A DNA stretch of 64,000 nt from Pseudomonadota bacterium (GTDB lineage Bacteria > Pseudomonadota > Gammaproteobacteria > Thiotrichales > Thiotrichaceae): NCBI GenBank assembly GCA_002747455.1, contig PDPG01000041.1, positions 14,980-78,979 of the forward strand. Direction: 5' to 3'. Below the pieces are notes generated by a model, which was given only the letters and a program-made list of their open reading frames with translations, had not been told where the DNA came from and made no database searches. Below are positions 9,130 to 16,810 of the stretch, piece by piece. Each line of letters opens with the position of its first letter. The first letter of the stretch is position 1. The translations under genes were made by a program, and so were the position numbers.

Positions 9130-9825
9130 TTATTGGGTGTCAGGTTTAGGCAAATCCCAAACGGCCCCCGGTTCACGGCCTTGCTCCTGCAATAATCGCC
9201 GTAAACGCGCCTGACTATCATAATCCTTCGAATAGCTATACACGCGAAGTAACTCTTGTTCCGCTCTGGGATCACCTTCTGGATTCAACACTTCCTGCTC
9301 CAGCAGCTCTTGTGCTTCTTCCAGTTGACCATACTCCAGACAATCCAACGCCTCTTGGTAATAACTGGTATAAGCAGCCGCCCTACGCTCAGACAGCACT
9401 AACAGAGGCTCTGCTTTTTGAGTTAAACCGGTGGCCAGTACCGAGCCTGCGATAAAACGATCGTCATAACCACGCTCAAAGCCATCCGTCAGCCATATCT
9501 GAAAATATTGTTGATCAGCCTCGGACAAGTGCTCCCGAACCTGCTGGAAGACCAGCGTACGCAGCTTCAGGCCATTGTCGCGCAAAGCAATGAACAAATC
9601 CTGCAATGCACCGGCAAGATTATCCTCATTTTGATTCATTAGAACGCGTTGAACTTGCGCGCGTAGATCCAGCGGATAACGGCTAACATGATGTGCAAGG
9701 TGACGGCGACCGGGGGAAGTCTTTAACTCATCACGAAGCTGCAATGCTTTTTGATTATCCAAACTGAATGTTGCGGGAAGTTTAGCAATCTCCAACGCAT
9801 CCGTGTTATCACGGTTTACATTCAT
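9130..9825 (-). CDS. Soluble alpha-helical protein with a FimV-type TPR segment
   Basis: C-terminal EALDCLEYGQLEEAQELLEQEVLNPEGDPRAEQELLRVY resembles the FimV cytoplasmic TPR pattern; no TM or signal peptide; first gene of the operon. Confidence 0.55.
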   Translation of the reverse strand: MNVNRDNTDALEIAKLPATFSLDNQKALQLRDELKTSPGRRHLAHHVSRYPLDLRAQVQRVLMNQNEDNLAGALQDLFIALRDNGLKLRTLVFQQVREHLSEADQQYFQIWLTDGFERGYDDRFIAGSVLATGLTQKAEPLLVLSERRAAAYTSYYQEALDCLEYGQLEEAQELLEQEVLNPEGDPRAEQELLRVYSYSKDYDSQARLRRLLQEQGREPGAVWDLPKPDTQ

Positions 9826-10194
9826 ATTAAGATGTACCCAAAATCCTGATTGACACTCAAGGAATTACGGAATAGTTGCTAGACTGTATAAGAAAGAAAA
9901 CCAAAAAGATACACAACACTCTAATTTTTCTGATGATTCTTTACAGTTTCCAGACCAAACTACTGAACGGTTAATAACCTCCGATATTGCGATAAAGACA
10001 GTTTTAAAACGATTATCTGCTTATATTGACCCATAACCACCCAATCCAATGAAAACATTGAAATAAAAATTTTCCAAGATTTATACTCGGCACCATAAAA
10101 GCGATAATAATCCCACTGATTGTTGTGCTGATACCCCTCCAAACCGATCTGCACAGCAAAACACAGCCCCAATTCGCCAAAAGGCCATACACTT

Positions 10195-10584
10195 ATGTTC
10201 AGAAAAAAAACGAAACTTGCTGAACCCACACAACCGCGTCGTATTGCATCCCAGTTGGAACCTGACGTTGAGCTAGTGGGCGACCTTTCCTTTTCAGGAC
10301 TCCTTCAGGTTAAAGGCAATATTTATGGTAATGTCATCGCGCCAATGGATTCTGATGCCACACTACTAATTGAACCCGGCGCGACTATTACCGGCGAGGT
10401 ACGCGCCCCTTATATTCAAATTAAAGGCAAAGTCACCGGCGATGTATTTGCTACCAAGCGCATCCGCATCAATGTAGGTGCGATTGTGATTGGCAATATA
10501 CATTATGAAGAAATCGAGCTAGATCAAGGCGCACACTTGGCCGGACGCTTAATCTCCACAAAAGAAGAGCGCATTACTGACTAA
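10195..10584 (+). CDS. Bactofilin (polymer-forming cytoskeletal protein, CcmA/BacA family)
   Basis: Repeating beta-helix motifs LVGDLSFSGLLQVKGNIYGNV..ITGEVRAPYIQIKGKVTGDV..IGNIHYEEIELDQGAHLAGRL. Confidence 0.9.
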   Translation: MFRKKTKLAEPTQPRRIASQLEPDVELVGDLSFSGLLQVKGNIYGNVIAPMDSDATLLIEPGATITGEVRAPYIQIKGKVTGDVFATKRIRINVGAIVIGNIHYEEIELDQGAHLAGRLISTKEERITD

Positions 10585-11168
10585 CAACACGAATCAGGCT
10601 GCGCATCCGCTGGCAATGTCATACCCAAGGCTTCGCTAAGCCGTGCCCACTCAAAAAACGGGCCGGGGTCTGTTTTTCTATTGGGTGCGATATGTTCGTG
10701 TCCAGTGATGGCCTGCTTATCAAGACTGGGGTATTGGCTTTGTAGCTCTCGAATCAGGGCAATCAATGACTCATATTGCGCATCACAAAATGGCTCAAAG
10801 TCTGAGCCTTCTAACTCAATGCCAATTGAGAAATCATTACACACCTCGCGTGCTCTAAAACACGACACACCAGCATGCCAAGCTCGTTTATGAAACGGCA
10901 CATACTGTACAACGTCACCACTTCGCCGAATCAAAATATGGCTTGATACCCGTAAGTGAGTAATTTCAGCAAAAAATGGGTGATCGCTTTCACACAGACA
11001 ATTCGTAAACAATTGATCAATATACTCGCCACCAAATTGCTCAGGTGGTAATGAAATATTGTGGATCACGATCAGGCTAATATCGTTCGGGTCAGGCCGC
11101 TCATCACAATTAGGGGATGGTAGGAAGCGGGCATTGCTAACTAAACCGGAATGTTTGGATATTTTCAA
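10581..11168 (-). CDS. ampD: 1,6-anhydro-N-acetylmuramyl-L-alanine amidase AmpD
   Basis: PSPNCDERP, VIHNISLPP, VSSH, RAWHAGVS, NDFSIGIELEG, GHEHIAPNRKTDPGP. Start moved to TTG 11168 by family length (track start 11219). Confidence 0.95.
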   Translation of the reverse strand: MKISKHSGLVSNARFLPSPNCDERPDPNDISLIVIHNISLPPEQFGGEYIDQLFTNCLCESDHPFFAEITHLRVSSHILIRRSGDVVQYVPFHKRAWHAGVSCFRAREVCNDFSIGIELEGSDFEPFCDAQYESLIALIRELQSQYPSLDKQAITGHEHIAPNRKTDPGPFFEWARLSEALGMTLPADAQPDSCC

Positions 11169-11436
11169 AGAAACCCCAACAAGATAGAAGGTATCGATAA
11201 AACACCGGCTCAATTCCAAGGGAAGTGAGCCGGAGGTACTGCTAGATTGGGGAACGTCAGGTTAAATCTGATACACCGGATTGACAAGCATTAAAAACTT
11301 AACATTGCCAAAACGTAATCTTAACTCAACAGTATTTTTCTCCACATCCATCGCCTCAAAACCAGCGCCCAAATTCACCCCTAAAACAGTCTTTCGAAGG
11401 GATTTTATCGGTGTTTGTCAAGGATAAATTTCTGAC

Positions 11437-11647
11437 TTATTCACACCTACCGTTTGTCGGTTTTAAAATGTCAAGTAAATTGAATCATATTTCTCACATC
11501 AAAATAAAGTAACGTAAACTATTGTTTTATATAACAATTAAAAGACTGATTATTTTTTAAGCAATCTGCTGGAAGCCAGGTTTTTAAAGGCTTTCGCAGG
11601 CTTTTCAAACTACTATTCACAGACTTATGCACAGCTTCTGTGGACAA
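11437..11647. promoter_or_regulatory. DnaA-box cluster with IHF-like site (DARS-like element)
   Basis: TTATTCACA 11437-45, CTATTCACA 11613-21, TTATGCACA 11625-33, reverse TTGTCCACA 11639-47; IHF-like AATCAGTCTTTTA (minus) 11539-51 in an AT-rich tract. Confidence 0.6.
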
Positions 11648-11736
11648 ATCTCCCTCAGCAAAAGTCAATACCAATTTGGAGCAAAGATTCATCAACCCGA
11701 CAAAATAATGAGCCATATCACACAGGCATTAATGCC

Positions 11737-14406
11737 CTAAAAATTCAGCGAAATATCCCGATGCTCAGACTGACACATCGCGATATGTTTGGCTTGGGCA
11801 TCACTTAGGCGAGGCTGCGATCGAAGACCAATGGTTTTAGAGATCGCCGTGTCATAGACCTGCAACGCTGGAGCCAATGACTTTTCAGCACGCTCACGCC
11901 ACTGCATCTGCGCCACATAACGATCAATGGCATTCTTTTGATAGCCCAGTGCTTTTGTCCGGCCTGCTGCTGAATCATCTTTTTTGATTGTCCGCCGCGC
12001 TTTGGATAGTGCCGACTTGATGTTGCTGGCTCCGGCTACATCCCCCAAACGACTTTCAATGGCTTTAATCGTTTTCATCGCAGCATCCTTTGGTGCATGG
12101 CTGATAGATTCTGCCAAACTGTCAATTTGTGGCCGCAAGTCCCGTAATGCAGTAGTCGCTGCAATGATTTTTTGCAAGTCCTTAACCGATTCGTAGGCAC
12201 TGTCAGTTAGGTTGTAGTATTCACGACGCGACTTTGTCAGCGCCTGACTCAGCTCAGAATAACGATCACGCGCCGCTTGCCAGTTTTCAGGGATAGATTC
12301 CTGTAGCCGTGCCTGTTCCGCTTTTTTCGCCTTGATCTCGGCAGTCATTGTATCGCTGCTTACCGAGTGATCCCCTGCTTCATAGGCTAAATTTCTAATC
12401 CCCTCTTCCAGTGTTTTAATGCGCTCAGACAGACGATTAATATCCTGCTCAATCTTCCGTACATTGCGATGCAGTGGCTCATATTCCGGCACATAAGCCG
12501 CCAGGGACTGCTTTGCAGTAGCGATATCCGCCATTAAGGCAAAACTGTTTGCAGCATTAGCAGTACCTTCTGTCCAGCTACGCTGTAAGTCTTCTGGCAA
12601 ATAAGACACATCCAAACTCCGCGCCTTGCGGATGGCAGCGCGAATGTTGCTCTCATCAGCACTGTACTCATCCACCACATAATCTTCCAAACAACGCTGA
12701 AGCTTAGGATTCATCGGTGGCGGGGCTGTATCCGACAATAAGTGGGTACGATTCGGTAGATAATTAACCAGCACCGGAAAATACCCGGCTATTGCCAAGC
12801 CAACGAGCTGCAAGCCAATAAACACCATCGCACCCTTGTAGATATCCATGGTTCTAATGGCCTTTTCTGCCACGCCACGCAAATAAAACAGCGCAAAACC
12901 AAACGGTGGTGTCAGGAAAGAGGTCTGAATGTTCAAACCAATCATCACGCCCAACCACACAGCCGTGATATTTGCCTCAGGGTTTGCCAGCAGAATGGGC
13001 GCAACTATCGGCACCACCACGACAGCAATCTCAATAAAATCAAGGAAGAAACCCAGCAGGAAGATTACCAACATGACCACCAGGAACTGTGTCCAAAAAC
13101 CGCCGGGAAGCCCTGTCAGATAATGTTTAACTAGTTCTTCACCACCAAATGCCCGAAACGCTGAGGTCAGCATTGCCGCACCGATCAGAATAATGAACAC
13201 CATTGAGGTAGTTTTAGCCGTCTCAACCATGACCTTTTTTAAGGTGTCATCGACTCGGTAAACACGCCAGGCGCTCCAGGCCACGGCGAACAGCAATACA
13301 GCTACAGCGATAGCCGCATAGATAATGGCTTGACGATCTTCATCGCTTTGAATATGTCGCACATTGAGCGAATGTTCACTGCGTAAGTAGGCGATACATA
13401 TCAGCGAAGCCACGGCAAGAATCGCCGGAATAAATGACGACCAGCCGCCTCGGTGAAGCCGATAGCCTGCCATAATCATGGCACCAACCGCACCGATGGA
13501 TCCCGCCTGATTTACTGTCGCGACACCTAAAATGATGGAGCCAAGTACCACAAAAATCAGCGTTAACGGTGGCACCAGTGAGAGCAAAATGCTGCGTACA
13601 AATTTGGCATCATACGCACCTTTATAAGGCACCGGTGGCGCGAGGCTAGGCTTGAGCCATGCAACCACGAGGATATACAGCATGTACAAGCCAACCAGAA
13701 TGGCACCGGGAATCAGCGCCCCCATGAACATATCTCCGGCACTGGCAGATACCACATCAAACTGCGACGGCATGGAAAACTCGCCAGTGGCTTCCCTATA
13801 CAATGCCTTGCGTGCGGTATTGGCCTGATCTGCTGCGCTGGATAGTTGGTCAGCCAGGATAATGAGTACAATCGAAGGCGGGATAATCTGTCCCAAGGTA
13901 CCAGAGGCGCAAATTGTGCCGGTGGCTAAGGGCTTGGAATAATTATTTCGCATCATGGCGGGCAGGGAAATCAAACCCATAGCGATCACCGTCGCGCCAA
14001 CAATGCCCGTCGTTGCCGCCAGTAACGCACCGACGAATACCACCGAAATACCCAAGCCGCCCGGAATTGGGCCAAACAACTGCGCCATTGCCACCAACAA
14101 ATCTTCGGCGATTTTTGAGCGCTGTAGCATGATGCCCATAAAGATGAACAACGGAATTGCAATCAAGGTATCCCGCTCAACAACCCAGTACAAACTTCGG
14201 AAGTTGGTCACACCGGCACTTAGCCATTGCTTGGGGCCGTCCTGAGCAAAATAAGCACCGACATCACCAGCGAATAGATAGCCGCAAGCCGCAGCCAGTA
14301 ACACCGTAATAATCGCAGAACCGGGCAAGGCAAAAGCCACTGGAAAACCGGATACCAGTGCCGCCGCCATCAGCAGAAACAACACTCCTAAAAAGACTAA
14401 TTCCAT
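11737..14406 (-). CDS. TRAP transporter large permease (DctM) with ~330 aa soluble C-terminal extension
   Basis: ASGTLGQIIPPSIVL, LGFFLDFIEI, QTSFLTPPFGFALFYLRG motifs; 889 aa versus roughly 430 for a typical DctM. Confidence 0.9.
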   Translation of the reverse strand: MELVFLGVLFLLMAAALVSGFPVAFALPGSAIITVLLAAACGYLFAGDVGAYFAQDGPKQWLSAGVTNFRSLYWVVERDTLIAIPLFIFMGIMLQRSKIAEDLLVAMAQLFGPIPGGLGISVVFVGALLAATTGIVGATVIAMGLISLPAMMRNNYSKPLATGTICASGTLGQIIPPSIVLIILADQLSSAADQANTARKALYREATGEFSMPSQFDVVSASAGDMFMGALIPGAILVGLYMLYILVVAWLKPSLAPPVPYKGAYDAKFVRSILLSLVPPLTLIFVVLGSIILGVATVNQAGSIGAVGAMIMAGYRLHRGGWSSFIPAILAVASLICIAYLRSEHSLNVRHIQSDEDRQAIIYAAIAVAVLLFAVAWSAWRVYRVDDTLKKVMVETAKTTSMVFIILIGAAMLTSAFRAFGGEELVKHYLTGLPGGFWTQFLVVMLVIFLLGFFLDFIEIAVVVVPIVAPILLANPEANITAVWLGVMIGLNIQTSFLTPPFGFALFYLRGVAEKAIRTMDIYKGAMVFIGLQLVGLAIAGYFPVLVNYLPNRTHLLSDTAPPPMNPKLQRCLEDYVVDEYSADESNIRAAIRKARSLDVSYLPEDLQRSWTEGTANAANSFALMADIATAKQSLAAYVPEYEPLHRNVRKIEQDINRLSERIKTLEEGIRNLAYEAGDHSVSSDTMTAEIKAKKAEQARLQESIPENWQAARDRYSELSQALTKSRREYYNLTDSAYESVKDLQKIIAATTALRDLRPQIDSLAESISHAPKDAAMKTIKAIESRLGDVAGASNIKSALSKARRTIKKDDSAAGRTKALGYQKNAIDRYVAQMQWRERAEKSLAPALQVYDTAISKTIGLRSQPRLSDAQAKHIAMCQSEHRDISLNF

Positions 14407-15425
14407 TATGCTTCTCCGCCTTCTAGTGCATCCGAGCCAGATTCATTGCTGATAATTGCAATACTCGCTAGTAAGTAGCTGGCAAATTGAAAGGCCATTG
14501 ACACTGCAAACACCACCAGGAAGCTGGCCATTAAATACTTCACATACATGCCATAGCCACTTTGCGATAATTCAAAGTTAAATATGGGACTGATTAAACT
14601 GCCCTGTTTGGTATCCATGCCCAGCCACAAAATAGTCCAGCACAGCGGCAGCCCCAGCAATAAACAACCAAAACTGTTGATCCACGCCTTGGTGCGACGA
14701 CTGAAGCCTGCGTACAGAATATCCACCCGTACATGGCCACCTTCGACCAAGGTATAGGCACTGGCAAACAGGAATAAACCGGCATACCAGAAACGCACCA
14801 AATCCCCCATAAAGGCTTGTTCGTAGGAGAAGATAAAACTGGATAATACAATGCCAAATTCTGCAATCACCACCAATAGAGCCAACCAGATAAACCCTAA
14901 GGAGCGACTAAACCAGGCAATGAGCATTGATAAAGCCACTAACGGATAATGCACAAAAGTTCCACGCCAGCTTGATTGCTCCAAACTCTGTGACAGAGAC
15001 TCACCCACCAGTGGGGTTAGTAACTTCTCTATTCGCAAAAATGAAATTGTCGCGTCAACTAGCCCAATGAGAAAAACAGACCAGAAAGCCACCCTGACCA
15101 GATACGCAGCCCATGACGCATATTTTGCCGAGTCTTGCTGCAATGTGGTATCTGGTGTCTTTGTGATTTTTTGCTGTAAACGTACCAATACAACAATACA
15201 TAACAGCACAAAGCCCGCTGATTTTAACAGTGCGCTGGTGGGTAGGGTTGCATCACCACGGAAATGTCCAATCAATGCATCCACATTCGGTACATCCAAC
15301 CAAAATATCAGATAGCGACTAAACAGAAACAACAAGACACTGACCGACATCAACGCAGCAACTAGCCGCCAGAAACGTCGGTATCCTGGAACAGAATTGG
15401 TGGTCATCGTGTGGATATTCCCCAA
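14406..15425 (-). CDS. TRAP transporter small permease (DctQ) with N-terminal extension
   Basis: AYTLVEGGHVRVDILY motif, multiple TMs, between SBP and DctM; start TTG 15425 or ATG 15407. Confidence 0.85.
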   Translation of the reverse strand: MGNIHTMTTNSVPGYRRFWRLVAALMSVSVLLFLFSRYLIFWLDVPNVDALIGHFRGDATLPTSALLKSAGFVLLCIVVLVRLQQKITKTPDTTLQQDSAKYASWAAYLVRVAFWSVFLIGLVDATISFLRIEKLLTPLVGESLSQSLEQSSWRGTFVHYPLVALSMLIAWFSRSLGFIWLALLVVIAEFGIVLSSFIFSYEQAFMGDLVRFWYAGLFLFASAYTLVEGGHVRVDILYAGFSRRTKAWINSFGCLLLGLPLCWTILWLGMDTKQGSLISPIFNFELSQSGYGMYVKYLMASFLVVFAVSMAFQFASYLLASIAIISNESGSDALEGGEA

Positions 15426-15468
15426 GCAGACAATGAAAATAAAACACAGAAATAATACAGCACAAACA

Positions 15469-15495
15469 ATAAACGGAGCACACAGCTCCGTTTAT
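15469..15495 (-). terminator. Hairpin/partial terminator between the TRAP SBP and permeases
   Basis: Perfect 11-bp stem ATAAACGGAGC-5 nt-GCTCCGTTTAT followed by T-rich sequence on the minus strand. Confidence 0.7.
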
Positions 15496-15515
15496 GATTG
15501 ATCAATCCGCAACAA

Positions 15516-16604
15516 TTACAGCCCTAGTACACGGTTGCGTTCTTGCACATAAGCCTGATCCGAGACTTGAGTCCACGCCCCCAAATCAGCACGGGCTTTC
15601 ACAAAGCTCTCGTAAATTTCTTTTGTGAGCGAGTCATGTTTAATCACATCGGCGAGAACTTCCTCTGTTGCCTCACCAAAGCTGTCGTAAGTATCTTCAG
15701 AGAACTGACGCAATTTAACACCGTGATTTTTTACCAGTGATTTTAACGCCGCACCATTATTAGCATTATATTCGGCCACCATCATGTCATTTTCCATAGA
15801 CGCCGCCGCTTCGATCATCATCTGATCCGCTCTAGAAAGGCTTTCCCACCACTTTTTATTCATGCTAAGAGACAGCATTGAACCCGGCTCGTGCATGCCC
15901 GGATAGTAGTAGAACTTAGCCGCTTCATAAAACTTCATAAGCTCATCATTCCACGGGCCAACCCACTCAGTTGCATCAATCGCACCAGACATCAGGTTTT
16001 CATAAATCTGTCCACCCGGCAGGGACACTGGGGATGCACCCAGCTTTGCCATGACATCACCACCTAACCCCGGAATGCGGATTTTCAGACCCTTAAAATC
16101 GCTAGCAGACTTGATTTCCTTACGGAACCAGCCCCCCATCTGAACGCCGGTATTACCACACATCAACGCCTTTAAGCCAAACTTGCCTGTCAATTTATCC
16201 CAAAGCTCCTGACCACCACCGAAGCGAATCCACGCATTCATCTCACTGTAGGTCAGTCCAAAAGGTACGGATGTAAAGAAGGAGAAGCCCGGATGCTTAC
16301 CTTTAAAATAATACTCAGCACCGTGATAAATCTGCGCATTGCCGCCTGCAACTTCATCAAAGACGTCAAACGCTTTGACCCGTTCACCCGCAGCAAAATA
16401 ATTCACCTTGATTCGGCCATCACTCATCGTATTGATGCGCTCTGCAAAGCGCTGTGCAGCCGTTCCCAGACCCGGAAAATCACGTGGCCAGGTAGACACC
16501 ATATTGACTTCAAGGCGTCCTTTTGCAATCGCTGGCGCAGCAACCGCGCCCGCCGAAGCCACCGCTCCAAGTGCAGCCCCTTTTAATACATCACGTCTAT
16601 TCAT
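15516..16604 (-). CDS. TRAP substrate-binding protein, Tat-exported, TakP/SmoM-like (keto-acid type)
   Basis: MNRRDVLKG twin-arginine signal; WPRDFPGLG, GNTGVQMGGWF, DATEWVGPWND, YYYPGMHEPG; GAGGA SD before ATG 16604. Confidence 0.9.
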   Translation of the reverse strand: MNRRDVLKGAALGAVASAGAVAAPAIAKGRLEVNMVSTWPRDFPGLGTAAQRFAERINTMSDGRIKVNYFAAGERVKAFDVFDEVAGGNAQIYHGAEYYFKGKHPGFSFFTSVPFGLTYSEMNAWIRFGGGQELWDKLTGKFGLKALMCGNTGVQMGGWFRKEIKSASDFKGLKIRIPGLGGDVMAKLGASPVSLPGGQIYENLMSGAIDATEWVGPWNDELMKFYEAAKFYYYPGMHEPGSMLSLSMNKKWWESLSRADQMMIEAAASMENDMMVAEYNANNGAALKSLVKNHGVKLRQFSEDTYDSFGEATEEVLADVIKHDSLTKEIYESFVKARADLGAWTQVSDQAYVQERNRVLGL

Positions 16605-16810
16605 AAGCAATCCTCATTCTCCTCTGTTTATTGTAAAACCCCAAAAACTTAACGGCACGAGAAGCCGTTCGGGTGACCCAAAAATCACAAGCGGCTTAAT
16701 TATTGCCGATAAAATAAGGAAAGTAAAACCGCGCAATGCAGCCGTTCAACGGGCAATCAGTGGCTTGTGATAGTGCCCAGCATATTTGAGAAAACGCGGC
16801 CGACCACTGT

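Noticed and set aside
9960-10229. 89-aa minus ORF in the bactofilin/operon spacer
   Set aside because: It overlaps the bactofilin start, has no recognisable motif and lies in AT-rich promoter DNA.
11400-11700. oriC
   Set aside because: It has DnaA boxes and an AT-rich tract, but no dnaA/rpmH/gidA context, no evident 13-mer repeats or GATC enrichment, and the triad geometry fits DARS better.
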